DNA of 64,000 bases from a virus (IMGVR_UViG_3300028914_000001:253489-317488), one strand, 5' to 3'; positions 10,354 through 21,220 are shown, counted from the stretch's first letter. Translations and numbers: made by a program. The notes: generated from the sequence alone by a model not told the origin.

Positions 10354-12075
10354 CTATTCGGCATACTTGCCTAGAATTGATTTTATTTCATCTTCGTTAT
10401 AGTCGTCAACAAGTTCGTAAGTAACCTCGACTTCTGCCGGATATACTTCAATTTCCGCTCGCCCTGATTGGTTCGACGGGAAAGGAGTAAATGGCTGGTT
10501 CATGTTTACAGGGTATGCCTTCTTGCTACAATTATCTAATATTTCTGTAAGTTCTTCGACAGTGTCCGAGTCCATTTTGTAATCGGCGAGCATCCTGAGA
10601 AGCTGATAGTATTTTTCGGTGAAATACGGGCTTACCGTCTTGTCAACAAGATTGTGCGAAATTGATATGCACTTTTTCTGCTCTGATTTCGTGATAGGCT
10701 TATCGCCGACGTTTACTTCATTCTCCCGGTCAGGGGCTGTCCTAAACTGTATAGCTTCCTCGACTGCCGTTGTCGGTGTATTTGCCGCAGTCGTTTTCCT
10801 GTGTTTTTCGCATACTTCCTTGATGCCGGATGCTTCAAGCTGCGATAGCAAAGAGTCGAACTGTGTCTTCGGGTTGTCCCGGTAAATTGCACGGAACTCC
10901 TCGTCAGAAAAAGACTCATAGCCGAGTTTTGCCGCAATGCACATGTCGTACAGGTCGGCTTCGAATGCACCCTGCCAGAACACGTCGTTTAGCCGGAGAT
11001 TCTCGTTGATATCCTTAATCTTCCCCTCTATATCCTTCATGAGGCCTGGGCACAGGTGGCTGAAACAGACAGTCCAACTTTTGAACGTGTTAATCATGTC
11101 GATAATCGACATGCCGTAAAATTCCTTGTTGTTCTTATATTCCAAGCTGTATATGAAGAAACACTCGAAGTTGCCGACCGTCTTGATGAAACCACTGACA
11201 TCGAACTTTTGTGTAAGCAGGTCGGCATAAGCTTTGATTAGGGCCCTGAGAGGCTTCATGAGCATATCGAATGTCATCTCGATTGCTGCCTTGATGCTGT
11301 TGTATAGCTTCAAGAGAAAATCATAGAGAAGGTCATTGAGGGAGCCGGATATACCACCACCGATGCCTATACCTATTCCAAGTGACAGAGGAAACTTGTT
11401 TTTAAGGCATTCTATCACGGCGTCCGGGTCTCGTGACATGTCGTTTCCATCGCTGTCCCTGTTACATCCTGTCACGCATGCGATTGCCCTGCAGAAACAT
11501 GGACAGTCAACCATGATTTCATACAGTTCGTTCCAGTCGAAGTCTAGGCTTACACTTGCTCCTACGCCAACATCCAGAGATGCGGACATCTTGATATCCG
11601 AAAGCAGGTCTGTTATGCATTTGAAAACGGCATCGTTGAAGTTCAATATAGCTTCTTCGAGGCGTAGGCGTGCGGCATCAATCTTTGCAAACAGGACGAA
11701 TGCTGCTTTTGTAGCAATCTCGATGGTTTCCTGAATCCATGCAATCCATGTTCCTATCGTCTGGCAGATGCTCTTGCTCAATGTAAGGGCTCCGTTAAGG
11801 CTGACCGGGAAGTTGAAATTGTTGTATTGATGAAAGCCGAAATTTAAGTTGGACATCATTCCAACAGCGGCATAGGCGTTTATGCCCATCGTATCCCTAC
11901 ACCAGTCAAACACCACCTTTGTACAGTTGGTGGCTTCCAGCTTGTTCGTGACATTGTTAATCGAATTTGCAGTCTTCTCGACAGCTTCCGTGAAGCTACT
12001 AAGAATGCTTGAATCCGATTCTGTCGCCGGAGTGTCCTGTCTCGGAGAAATTACGTCTGTGATGCACTTTGCCAT
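10354..12075 (-). CDS. Cys-containing helical late protein, probably structural
   Basis: Start reassigned to 12075 (MAKC) downstream of TATAAACTA at 12100-12108; GIGIGIGG segment. Confidence 0.5.
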   Translation of the reverse strand: MAKCITDVISPRQDTPATESDSSILSSFTEAVEKTANSINNVTNKLEATNCTKVVFDWCRDTMGINAYAAVGMMSNLNFGFHQYNNFNFPVSLNGALTLSKSICQTIGTWIAWIQETIEIATKAAFVLFAKIDAARLRLEEAILNFNDAVFKCITDLLSDIKMSASLDVGVGASVSLDFDWNELYEIMVDCPCFCRAIACVTGCNRDSDGNDMSRDPDAVIECLKNKFPLSLGIGIGIGGGISGSLNDLLYDFLLKLYNSIKAAIEMTFDMLMKPLRALIKAYADLLTQKFDVSGFIKTVGNFECFFIYSLEYKNNKEFYGMSIIDMINTFKSWTVCFSHLCPGLMKDIEGKIKDINENLRLNDVFWQGAFEADLYDMCIAAKLGYESFSDEEFRAIYRDNPKTQFDSLLSQLEASGIKEVCEKHRKTTAANTPTTAVEEAIQFRTAPDRENEVNVGDKPITKSEQKKCISISHNLVDKTVSPYFTEKYYQLLRMLADYKMDSDTVEELTEILDNCSKKAYPVNMNQPFTPFPSNQSGRAEIEVYPAEVEVTYELVDDYNEDEIKSILGKYAE

Positions 12076-12099
12076 TTTATATGCCGCTTGTTTCGTTAA

Positions 12100-12141
12100 T
12101 AGTTTATACCCGGTCAAAAATAGCGGTGCCATTATAAACTA
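12100..12141. promoter_or_regulatory. Divergent pair of putative late promoters
   Basis: TAGTTTATA at 12100-12108 and TATAAACTA at 12133-12141. Confidence 0.75.
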
Positions 12142-12163
12142 TCATTGAATCGACAGGTATATC

Positions 12164-13909
12164 ATGGCATCTACAACACAAAATACAACTACACCAGCGT
12201 CTACCAAAACGTCCAAGGCGTCTTCGGCTAACGACAGCGTTAAGTCGATTGCTGACGCACTCGCCGCATTGCCGAAAGAGACTGAGCAGACGATGAAGGA
12301 ATTTCTCGACCAGCAGATGGCCAACGCCAAGAATATGAACGACGAGCTGGTAGAACAGTTCGGCAGCGCTATCGACAATAGTGATGTTGCCGCCTCGATG
12401 AACGAGGTCAAGGAAGTATTTAGAAAAAAAGCAGAAAATGATAAGAACAATGTCGAAAACGAGAAACAGCAGGAAACCTTCACCAAAATTCAGAACGACC
12501 TTGACCGTATCCTTGAGATTCAGGGAGAAGCTCTTCGTGCTGAGGTGAAGCGTGATGAAACCATATACAACGATAGGGCTGTAAACGAGGTTGAGGAAAA
12601 ATCTGACGAAAAGGTGGACGATGAAACCGACGTTGTAAAGGAAGATGTAAAACCTGTCGAAGTTAAAGTTGATGTACAGCTGCCCGAAGCGGAGAAGGAA
12701 CCCGAGAAGGAAGACGTTGCATCAAATGTTCCGAGCAATGAAGAGAACTTGCTTAAAGACATCGTTTCTGGCCAGACTGAGCAGAACACCTTGCTTAACG
12801 ATATTGGTCAGAAACTGTCCGATGTAAATCCCGAAGATAAAGTTGATGAAACATCTCAGAAGGAACCCAGCAAGGAGGAGAACTTGCTTAATGACCTGGT
12901 TTCTGCCCAGGCTGAGCAGAACTCCTTGTTGAACGATATCGGCAAAAAGTTGCCCGATATCAAGGATGAGGCTACCGACGATAACACTCCGAAGGAACCG
13001 AGTAAGGAAGAAGGTTTGTTGGGGGACATTGCATCGGCCCAGGCTGAACAGAATGCGTTGCTGAACGACATTGGCCAGAAATTGAGCGATGTTGATAATG
13101 CTGATGCCCCTCAACAGGAAGCTGTCGCAAACGATGTTCCTACTTTGACTGAAACGGCTTTTGCCGAAGTGAACGAGAACCTCGGTAAAATCAACACGAG
13201 CATCGACGATATGCTGGAAGAGCTTGGAGACTCCGTAGCGAATACTGATGTCAATGAGCCTCAGCCAATCACTGTCAATGTCGATGTTGAACAACCAGAG
13301 AAAGATACTGAAAAGGAACAGGAGGAGACTACTCCTAAAACCCAGTCGGTTGAACTTGCTGAGGATAGCCTGAATAGCATTCGTGAACTTGTCGATACGT
13401 CTAAACAGAATGAAGAAAAACTGCTTGAGACGATGAACAAGCGAAATGCTGAATCGAAGGATAACGTCGAGCAGTTCAAGCAGGATTCCATGACGGAGCT
13501 TGCAAACGACATATCGGGTGCGACCGATGCCATGAACACCCAGCATGAAACCAAGTTGGATAGGCATGAGGATGAACCGTCTACTCCTGACGATGACAAA
13601 CGGATAGAGCAGGCTGAAACGAAGCAGGATAATCGGTTTGACGAAGATACCAAACAGGCTGATGAAAATGATGAACAACCCATGGTCTTGGACCGTCGGA
13701 TGGACATTGCTGAACGGGCGGAACGTGATATCACTCCTGCATTGAACGAAGTACAGCTGTTCAACAGGATGTCATTGACAAAGGAAGAAATTCTGGTGCT
13801 TGCATCGGAAATAGGAAAGGCAGTTAGAGAAAACCTTGTTGACAGGGATGCCGAAAAGAAACGAGAAGCGGCTCGCCTGGATGAAGTCGAAAGAATATTG
13901 AGGGGTTAA
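12164..13909 (+). CDS. Acidic repeat-containing protein, candidate tape measure/hub
   Basis: 581 aa, helical, three internal repeats, first gene of a baseplate-like operon. Confidence 0.4.
   Translation: MASTTQNTTTPASTKTSKASSANDSVKSIADALAALPKETEQTMKEFLDQQMANAKNMNDELVEQFGSAIDNSDVAASMNEVKEVFRKKAENDKNNVENEKQQETFTKIQNDLDRILEIQGEALRAEVKRDETIYNDRAVNEVEEKSDEKVDDETDVVKEDVKPVEVKVDVQLPEAEKEPEKEDVASNVPSNEENLLKDIVSGQTEQNTLLNDIGQKLSDVNPEDKVDETSQKEPSKEENLLNDLVSAQAEQNSLLNDIGKKLPDIKDEATDDNTPKEPSKEEGLLGDIASAQAEQNALLNDIGQKLSDVDNADAPQQEAVANDVPTLTETAFAEVNENLGKINTSIDDMLEELGDSVANTDVNEPQPITVNVDVEQPEKDTEKEQEETTPKTQSVELAEDSLNSIRELVDTSKQNEEKLLETMNKRNAESKDNVEQFKQDSMTELANDISGATDAMNTQHETKLDRHEDEPSTPDDDKRIEQAETKQDNRFDEDTKQADENDEQPMVLDRRMDIAERAERDITPALNEVQLFNRMSLTKEEILVLASEIGKAVRENLVDRDAEKKREAARLDEVERILRG
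12731..13092 (+). repeat. Three in-frame ~44-45 aa repeats
   Basis: PSxEExLLxDxxSxQxEQNxLLNDIGxKLxD starting at about 12731, 12866 and 12998. Confidence 0.85.
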
Positions 13910-13912
13910 TGT

Positions 13913-15373
13913 ATGGCAGAAGAAAATGGAAGATTCGGTAAGAGGACCCGTTACAGTGTGAAGGAATCCTACGCACAGGATGCGAAGGGGGTTATCCACA
14001 ATTCCATCAACGAGTTGAACCCGAATGTAGTTAGGATAGAACCTCTCGGCCCTGCCGCACGTCAGGCATTCCTTGGTCCTGTCCATGCCGCAGCCGATGC
14101 GTTGAAACTACGCATGGCATATGCGATGAACCCGGAGGCGTTCAAACCGTTCTATGGAATATTGACTCCGGGTGACCTGAGGGGATTGCGCCTATCTTTC
14201 CAGAGTTCTTGGTTGCAGGAAAATGGAAAAAGCTCATTCGAGCGTGCAACAGAAATATTGAAATCTCCTGCGGTCGCAATGCCGTTGGGGGCATCTGCTG
14301 GCGAAGCTATTGGAAACTCTTTTGGTGGATATGATGCGTCTGGCTTTGGTTTGGGTGCTGCTGCCGGAGCAATCACCTCTTTCATTATGAGTGGAAGCTC
14401 TGATGATAAGGATAAGGGCAACTCTCTTACGCATAAGCTATCATCGTTCATTGGTGACGTTGGCACGAGACTAGGCTCGTCAATGGAACTGTATGGAATG
14501 GACTCTTCCTCTACTGGTGCAGCTACCTTGAAGACATTTTCAAAGTCTTCCATGGAAATACCGACTACGTTGAATTTCACTTGGTACATGCCGGAACAGG
14601 AGGACTTGTTCCGTCTTTCTATCCACAGGTTACTACAGCTTGCTTATGTAAGAAAAGCCTATACGGACAGAAAAGAATTTTTCGAAAACCTGAGTGCCGC
14701 AACAAATTCAGGCATGCAGCAATCGTTTGTGAATGCAAAGAACCTGAAAGATTCGCTAGGCGTTGTCGCTAAGTCATGGATAAATGCGGGCGACACCATT
14801 GTTGAATCAGGCGAGGCTCTGGTGGGTCAAAGTCCTGTAATGAAGCAGTTTGCTGAGTCCAGGAACGCACAGCTTGGCGATGCTGTTGTCGATGCCGCTG
14901 GAACTGGGGTTTCCGTTGGAAATGCAATAGCTAACGGCATCACGAACTTCACCGAGGGATGGGGAGATAAAATTGATGCGAATGCCCAGGATATAAGCGA
15001 TGACGGTCAGTTTGCCGATACAGGCAAGCAGAATATCGTCAATGGAATGAATGACGTTATTGATAGTGTACTCAAAGCGTATATCGAGGGAAGTACGTTC
15101 ATGGGTGCTAACTTCGTCCTTGTCCCTAACCCGGTCCGTCTTACGATAGGCAATATCCTTGATGTTGAACCAATGGTCATAACGAATGTTGTTATCACTC
15201 CTTCGGAGGAATTATTTATCAATAGCATAGGTGCAAGCATTCCCGTTACGATGAAAGTAACCGTTACATTGTCACAATGGATGACACCGGGCCCGGACCA
15301 TGACTTTATACGCTTGATTGGAGACAAATTGTTCTACCCTATTCCTATGAAGAATTCTGAGAAGAAGAGCTAA
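13913..15373 (+). CDS. Putative baseplate/tail tube initiator protein
   Basis: C-terminal PNPVRLTIG..LDVEPMVITNV..P.TMKVTVTL resembles tube-fold baseplate proteins; gene context. Confidence 0.45.
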   Translation: MAEENGRFGKRTRYSVKESYAQDAKGVIHNSINELNPNVVRIEPLGPAARQAFLGPVHAAADALKLRMAYAMNPEAFKPFYGILTPGDLRGLRLSFQSSWLQENGKSSFERATEILKSPAVAMPLGASAGEAIGNSFGGYDASGFGLGAAAGAITSFIMSGSSDDKDKGNSLTHKLSSFIGDVGTRLGSSMELYGMDSSSTGAATLKTFSKSSMEIPTTLNFTWYMPEQEDLFRLSIHRLLQLAYVRKAYTDRKEFFENLSAATNSGMQQSFVNAKNLKDSLGVVAKSWINAGDTIVESGEALVGQSPVMKQFAESRNAQLGDAVVDAAGTGVSVGNAIANGITNFTEGWGDKIDANAQDISDDGQFADTGKQNIVNGMNDVIDSVLKAYIEGSTFMGANFVLVPNPVRLTIGNILDVEPMVITNVVITPSEELFINSIGASIPVTMKVTVTLSQWMTPGPDHDFIRLIGDKLFYPIPMKNSEKKS

Positions 15374-15816
15374 TGGAGGTGAATATGGCTGACGAAGTAA
15401 ATTACCCTAGATTCAGAAATGACAATCTGTCCATGTTGACCTTGGACACAGTTCAGGGCTACGAGCAGGGTCGCCCGGACGTAATCGCTCGTCGCACTAT
15501 GGGAAGCAGCCGTATGTGTAAGGTGCTGTGTGCAGCAAACCATATACGCAACCCCTTGCCGTGTCGTGATTCGGTTCGTATTTTTGAGGAAAGCGTGTAC
15601 AACGAGCTTTATATGAAGGGATATCGTGGTGAGCAGTTGCAGACGGAATATAAGAAGATGCTTGACGAACTCGAAGTAACGCCGGAGTATTGGCTACATT
15701 ACAACAACCTGTTCAACGGAGTTGTCAGCGAAGTTACTGTTGGGGGCACGCTTATTATTCCTCAGCTCAATGACTCCTTGACATGGCTGACAAAATATGA
15801 TTCAAACATTCGATAA
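15373..15816 (+). CDS. Baseplate wedge protein (T4 gp53/LysM-like)
   Basis: GRPDVIA...G......L..AN.I.NP and G..LIIP motifs; start may be 15385. Confidence 0.65.
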   Translation: MEVNMADEVNYPRFRNDNLSMLTLDTVQGYEQGRPDVIARRTMGSSRMCKVLCAANHIRNPLPCRDSVRIFEESVYNELYMKGYRGEQLQTEYKKMLDELEVTPEYWLHYNNLFNGVVSEVTVGGTLIIPQLNDSLTWLTKYDSNIR

Positions 15817-15827
15817 GGTAAACCGTT

Positions 15828-17138
15828 ATGCTTGGTATTGAAAACATAGACAACGCATCGATTGAAATTTACCTCATGGGTAGGGTGTATCCAAACGCAC
15901 TCGTTACAAAATTTCTGCTTAACATACCAATCAACGGCGTACCGTACGGATTCGCTACAATACAGAACGTAGATGATGCCAACGTAATCATTCATACGGG
16001 TGAATACGGCGTTATGAAATTCAGTAACACCGGGAACCCGACGATGGACGGCACTGCGTTGACCTTTGTTGTTGTCGATTCAGCTCCTATTGAGGTAGTC
16101 CCAGGTACAAATAACAGTTTTCAAACTGTTTCTTTCAGACTGGGTGCGTTCGATACTATGGATGTCAGGACCTTCCAGAAATACGGGACATCTACCGAAA
16201 CGATGCAATCCGTGTTTAAACACCGTCAGATTGACGAACCTATTATCGTCATTCCTCCGAAGACTACGGGAGACATGATGAACTGGATAGTTGTCAAGTC
16301 GGACATGGAACATACGCTGAATGATATTGTGGAGCATTCCTTCTTGGAAGGAGACTATGTCTACTACACATTCTCGACGGAGAAGTGCAACTACATTGTA
16401 TCAAGCATAGAGCGTTCAAAGAAATACTACCAACATCAACTCTTCGCTTTCCATGTGAACGCTAAGCGAGGAGGAAACGCTTCGATGTACAAGGATTCTG
16501 ACTCGGGATATGTCACATGGTTTTACACCACTGACAACAGGTGGAGTGATGCGGGCAAGAACAAGCATGAGCTGTTTCCGCATATCACCTATATGACCCT
16601 TACTGATAATAAGCCCGATGTTGGCCTATGTGATAACCAATGTTTTTCCAAACTCTTGAAGGGAGCCGGGTATAGTAACCAGGATGAAATAGACAAGTCA
16701 TTCGGCCCTGCGGGTTATACTTTCGGAAAGCCACACATTATTAGGGACTGTTCTGTGAATACCCACAACATGTATCAGGTCTCTCCATTCATCCGTCGCC
16801 GCTACATGGCAAGTCTTGGCAAGAAGATGAACATTACGCTTACCAACGTCATGGGCCCGGATGTCGGTTCATCGGTATATGTGTTTGCTAAGTCAAAAGA
16901 ACTCAGGGATGACTTCTTTGCTCCTGACCCGATATATTGTGATGAGTACGTTGTCCTTTCCAAACAGATAATTAAAAATGACGGCTCGGGCAAGGGTCCA
17001 ACAAGTTCTGAAGATAGGATATACAGCGTCGTTACGCTGGGCTCCCCGAATCTTCTTTATGGACATCCAGATGAAGTCTCTGCTGAAATGGCGAAAATAA
17101 AGTTCCCTGAATACAATGATGCAGCTAAGAAAATGTAA
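15828..17138 (+). CDS. Putative baseplate hub protein
   Basis: 436 aa, beta-rich, follows the gp53-like gene; assignment from context. Confidence 0.4.
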   Translation: MLGIENIDNASIEIYLMGRVYPNALVTKFLLNIPINGVPYGFATIQNVDDANVIIHTGEYGVMKFSNTGNPTMDGTALTFVVVDSAPIEVVPGTNNSFQTVSFRLGAFDTMDVRTFQKYGTSTETMQSVFKHRQIDEPIIVIPPKTTGDMMNWIVVKSDMEHTLNDIVEHSFLEGDYVYYTFSTEKCNYIVSSIERSKKYYQHQLFAFHVNAKRGGNASMYKDSDSGYVTWFYTTDNRWSDAGKNKHELFPHITYMTLTDNKPDVGLCDNQCFSKLLKGAGYSNQDEIDKSFGPAGYTFGKPHIIRDCSVNTHNMYQVSPFIRRRYMASLGKKMNITLTNVMGPDVGSSVYVFAKSKELRDDFFAPDPIYCDEYVVLSKQIIKNDGSGKGPTSSEDRIYSVVTLGSPNLLYGHPDEVSAEMAKIKFPEYNDAAKKM

Positions 17139-17150
17139 AAATGTATTTTA
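17138..17150 (+). promoter_or_regulatory. AAAATGTATTTTA upstream motif (third promoter class)
   Basis: Identical 13-mer at 29184 and 51242; variant on the minus strand at 63601-63613. Confidence 0.55.
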
Positions 17151-17177
17151 ATCATTGTAAAGTAGCTGTATGTACCT

Positions 17178-17630
17178 ATGGGTAAGCTCTGTTGTGATGG
17201 AAAATTCAATGTTGGCCTTTATAAGCCGTTGTCCCAGCAGTTGGTAGACTTCGGTAACGAGTGTTTTGCCAAGTTTGTTGACCATGCCACGCTCATGTGG
17301 ATGTTCATATTCTATGATGGGGCGAACGACTGTCCGAAGTGCAGGTCTTCATTGTCTGAAATTCACGACTGGTTCTACAAGAAAGGATTGCTTGATAGTT
17401 CCAACTACATGGTCAAGATAGTGGTTGAGCCGGAACCTGAAAAATGCAAGATTTACACAAACTTGGGATTTACCCTGAAACCAATGCACATATTCTGCGA
17501 ACCAAACGGAAACATCTTCGACATATACACAGGTCTGCCGGATAGCAAGTGGCTGGACAAGCATATCTACCCGTACATACAGAAAAACATCGGCATGAAG
17601 AAGGTACTCTCGGCGATTAAGGAGCAATGA
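17178..17630 (+). CDS. Thioredoxin-fold protein
   Basis: FIFY....CPKC motif followed by a cis-Pro-like LKPMHIF segment. Confidence 0.6.
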   Translation: MGKLCCDGKFNVGLYKPLSQQLVDFGNECFAKFVDHATLMWMFIFYDGANDCPKCRSSLSEIHDWFYKKGLLDSSNYMVKIVVEPEPEKCKIYTNLGFTLKPMHIFCEPNGNIFDIYTGLPDSKWLDKHIYPYIQKNIGMKKVLSAIKEQ

Positions 17631-18685
17631 TGACGGACATTAACGAACATAGCATAAAAAGGATAGTGGTCGGCTATACTCTCGACTCAGTTATCGAGGC
17701 TCATAACCAGGCACAGAACGTAGAAAACAGTGTCGTGTTTTATAGCACTGGCGTACTGGGCGAACCACTCGACAAGTACAACGATTTCATCTCGTATGAC
17801 GACGCCAAGCGCCTCAGCGTGATTCTCCCCGACCTTGAATTTGATGAGTTCGCTGGATGCGACTACCTCTATATACCGTATGAAAAGTTGAAGTTCAAGA
17901 ATAGCCGTAACGGCCTTATGTCGCTTCCGTTTAACAAGCTCAGTTTCGACGATAACGATGAATGGAAGGCTGTCTGTGACGGATACTTTAACGAACATGT
18001 GCAGGAAATCTTAAAGGATATGTCCAACTCTCCTACCCGCCTCATAACCATGTTCAAGCAGTATCTTCCTAAATGGTTTGTAGACTGTATTGTCCGTAAT
18101 GTCAGTGCAACTAGATGGGCCGGAATTCCGACAAGTAATATAACCCTGAACGGCTACCTTTATGAGTTCAACCTGAATCAGATTGACTCAGATGGCATTC
18201 AGTTGTGGTACAAGCCGAGAATCAGTTACAACGAGGTTTGCAAGCGAATACTGAAAAAGGATAAGATTCCAGTATACACTGCTACAAAGGAAGATTGTAC
18301 CCGGTTCCTTACCGACCGTTCTATCGAGTATGTGACTTTCATGGATAACCGAGTTGACCATTATCTTGGTTATCGTAGCGGTATCTTTGACCGATGTGTT
18401 ATGTCCGCAGTGCCATGCGAGTTGCCGTCGATATTCCACAACGATTTCGACACGGGTATTATCCGTACCCCGACCATGGCTCACTGGGGTATATGCAAAT
18501 ACGGAAACGATGTACGTAAACTTTATTCAAAAAAGTGGAATTCCATCTTGGAAGTTCCTACTTCCGATATTCCGATGACAAAGAATAACCTGCGCATGTA
18601 TGATGCGTATTCTAAACTTCTTCCTCTGTTTGGAAACTTTAAGACATTGAATTTGCAGCAGAAGATAACTACCCTGATTAAGTAA
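17627..18685 (+). CDS. Divergent UDP-galactopyranose mutase (Glf)-like protein
   Basis: SLPFN, T.RW.G.P and VDHYLGYRSG segments align by eye with Glf; GxGxxG FAD motif is missing. Confidence 0.5.
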   Translation: MMTDINEHSIKRIVVGYTLDSVIEAHNQAQNVENSVVFYSTGVLGEPLDKYNDFISYDDAKRLSVILPDLEFDEFAGCDYLYIPYEKLKFKNSRNGLMSLPFNKLSFDDNDEWKAVCDGYFNEHVQEILKDMSNSPTRLITMFKQYLPKWFVDCIVRNVSATRWAGIPTSNITLNGYLYEFNLNQIDSDGIQLWYKPRISYNEVCKRILKKDKIPVYTATKEDCTRFLTDRSIEYVTFMDNRVDHYLGYRSGIFDRCVMSAVPCELPSIFHNDFDTGIIRTPTMAHWGICKYGNDVRKLYSKKWNSILEVPTSDIPMTKNNLRMYDAYSKLLPLFGNFKTLNLQQKITTLIK

Positions 18686-18686
18686 A

Positions 18687-19724
18687 TTATTTCTTTTCCA
18701 TCGAAGGAGCCGGGACGAATCCTCTGCGTTTTTCAAACCTTTCGTTGAACTCCTTTTCGTCCCTAGCATTGAGCGACTCGTAACTGTAACGAGTTCCGTT
18801 CATGTTGCTCTTAGTCCTTTCCCAGAACCTCAGGTTGTAGTCCAGTGTAGTTTCACTTGACCCGACAACCGCCTGAGTCACTGTGGTATTGTCGTGCAAT
18901 CCACGCTCGCTCTTCTTAAATGTTCCGTTGAGTGGGTTGGGAATATTGAAATCCACGGTGAACGTGGCGAAGTCCATATTGCCGTTATTCGGGTCTATGG
19001 TAGGGGCGGCGGTCAACACGGCGGAGTTGTACTCGCTCATCTGGATTACATCCAAGTTTGTCCTCGTGCCGGGGGCGTATGTCAACCACGGGGCTACCAT
19101 ATTCAATGCATCTTTGTTCTTGTCAGCGGCCCAGTCATCGGCAGTTGCCCCGTTCAGGAGTTCCACAGAGATGTCGATTTTATGGAACCCAGACTTGGGG
19201 CGTAGGACAAGCGGGGAAATTTGCGAGTTGAACATTGCATTGAAGAAATTGAACCACATCAGGTAGTGGTTGTCAACAACAGTCAGGCTCAGTCGTCCCG
19301 GCTGAACCTTCTTAGGCATCTGAAAAGTAAGCGCCTTCATTGAATCCAAAGAGTCGATTTCCTCTGTGCTCAACGTAGGTTTTGGCAACGTAACCGACTT
19401 GCAGTTCCATAGCATATTGAGAATGCGCTTTTCGTTATCCCAGTGGTCTTCGATGAAGTTGCTGAACTTTTGGAGCATATACGCCGAACCATTGAACCTC
19501 TTCGGCGCATGAGTATACTTGTCCCCAGCACAGTTCACCTGCATGATGGTCAGAGCCTTTTCCACATACTCGCCACTAAACCCGACATGAAACTTGTTCG
19601 GGACAAAGCCTTCCGCATGATTGAAATACTTCTGAAGGTAGCTGTCCGATGGACGCTCCGTATCGTGCATCACGGGGATTACTTCGGTTATTCTATTGTA
19701 TGGTGTAGACGGTGTGCTGGCCAT
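18687..19724 (-). CDS. Tail tube-fold protein (gp54/gp19-like)
   Basis: PNKFHV, CKSVTLP, LSLTVVD..Y...FNFF and ATFTVDF pattern. Confidence 0.55.
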   Translation of the reverse strand: MASTPSTPYNRITEVIPVMHDTERPSDSYLQKYFNHAEGFVPNKFHVGFSGEYVEKALTIMQVNCAGDKYTHAPKRFNGSAYMLQKFSNFIEDHWDNEKRILNMLWNCKSVTLPKPTLSTEEIDSLDSMKALTFQMPKKVQPGRLSLTVVDNHYLMWFNFFNAMFNSQISPLVLRPKSGFHKIDISVELLNGATADDWAADKNKDALNMVAPWLTYAPGTRTNLDVIQMSEYNSAVLTAAPTIDPNNGNMDFATFTVDFNIPNPLNGTFKKSERGLHDNTTVTQAVVGSSETTLDYNLRFWERTKSNMNGTRYSYESLNARDEKEFNERFEKRRGFVPAPSMEKK

Positions 19725-19732
19725 AGGTACTC

Positions 19733-20458
19733 CTAGTATGAGTTACTGGTTTCTCCACCAGTAATTACACATATCGCAGACATAAACGAGTTTGGGTCTG
19801 GAAGGCGGATTATCCTCTTTATTTGGTAATTGAACGACATTGTGAACTTCACAGCAGCTATGCTGCCCGGAGTTACCTGCAACGCACTGATGCTTGTCGG
19901 GAAACAGCGGTAGTAACGGACAATCATGTGATGTTGGGCCCTGTCGTCACCGAAATGGAAATCGATGTGCGGGATGTACATCAGCCTGTTCCTGTACCTG
20001 TGGTCGTACCCGTAGACCCTGTGATTGTGGTCTAGTATAGGGAACGCATCCGTCTGTCCGCTCTGGATTGTTTCCATATAGCGGTGAAGTGCCCAGTAGT
20101 TCTCGTAGTAGTCATCACAATACATACTTATCGAAATCGACTCGTCGTATTCGTTGTCCTCCGTGGTTGGAATGTAAACGCTGAACTTGTAATGGTTTTC
20201 CTTGGCATATTTCAGAGAAAGGCCAGGAGCCGTAAAATTGTCGATGTTTGCGTTTACAGTCTCTGGCGGAGGCGCAGTATGCGCCTTTGTAACGTCATCT
20301 ACGTGATGTTTTCCGTCATAGTCTGGGTCGTAAGATACGGGAAGGTCGCCTATCCGACACCTGATAAAACCCTGGTGAACGGGCACCGGGTTTCGTACAA
20401 GGTTACGATGCAACTCCCTGACAGTTCGGGGAGTTAGTATAGGCTTCTTTTCCGTCAT
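19733..20458 (-). CDS. Tail completion/tube terminator (T4 gp3-like)
   Basis: NFTAPGLSL, ISMYCDDYYENYWALHRYM and CFPTSISALQ..FTMSFNY. Confidence 0.6.
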   Translation of the reverse strand: MTEKKPILTPRTVRELHRNLVRNPVPVHQGFIRCRIGDLPVSYDPDYDGKHHVDDVTKAHTAPPPETVNANIDNFTAPGLSLKYAKENHYKFSVYIPTTEDNEYDESISISMYCDDYYENYWALHRYMETIQSGQTDAFPILDHNHRVYGYDHRYRNRLMYIPHIDFHFGDDRAQHHMIVRYYRCFPTSISALQVTPGSIAAVKFTMSFNYQIKRIIRLPDPNSFMSAICVITGGETSNSY

Positions 20459-20461
20459 ATC

Positions 20462-21220
20462 TTACTTCTTCACCTGGACAGAGCCGACGAGGTTGGTCTT
20501 GGAGGTCTTCGGCGGTTCCTTCTTGTATTCAGGCTTGCCGAGTTCCACGAGCTTTTCCGTCTTCTTGCCGTCCATGTCCTTCTGGGCATACTTTGCGAAA
20601 GCCTTCGGGTTCGGATTCTTCATCGGCTTGTCACTCGTTACAACACCGAAGTCGTCACGTCCGCCGACCTTGAGAGTCGGGTTCTTCTGAGGCTTCACGA
20701 TGCCGACATTGTTCGGTAGATTGTGAGACCTGATTGCAGAGATGAGCGTCTTCATGTCGCTGATGGAGATTGCCTCACCAGCCTTGATTGGCTTGATGGT
20801 GCCGACGAGAGACTTGCCCTTGACAGTCGGAGCTCCCTTTACGGTGTAGGTCGTGTCAACTGTCGCATTGACTGGCTTGAACTTCGGAGTACCAGAAGAT
20901 GCTTCGAGCTGTGCCGTCTTCTTGACTTCGGGTTCCTTCTGTGCTTCGCTCGTAGTTTCCTTATGACCCTTGATGCGTTCAGCCTTCCATTCCTTGATGG
21001 TCTTGAGAGGCTTTACACAGCCAACCTTGTCATTCTGCATTACAAGGCCTTTCTTGGACGGCTTACGCATGGAATCGGTATCTGCCGTGGAAACGGAGGC
21101 AGCGTTCCAGAACGGGAACACCTCGTTCGCATCGAGCGTTTTAACTGGCTTCTTGGTCTCCAAGTGAGCCTTCACTTGGCCAAGAAGTTGTTTCTCAGTA
21201 GGGAGGTCAAACATATCCAT
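20462..21220 (-). CDS. Lys-rich late protein
   Basis: 252 aa; late motif at 21262-21270. Confidence 0.55.
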   Translation of the reverse strand: MDMFDLPTEKQLLGQVKAHLETKKPVKTLDANEVFPFWNAASVSTADTDSMRKPSKKGLVMQNDKVGCVKPLKTIKEWKAERIKGHKETTSEAQKEPEVKKTAQLEASSGTPKFKPVNATVDTTYTVKGAPTVKGKSLVGTIKPIKAGEAISISDMKTLISAIRSHNLPNNVGIVKPQKNPTLKVGGRDDFGVVTSDKPMKNPNPKAFAKYAQKDMDGKKTEKLVELGKPEYKKEPPKTSKTNLVGSVQVKK

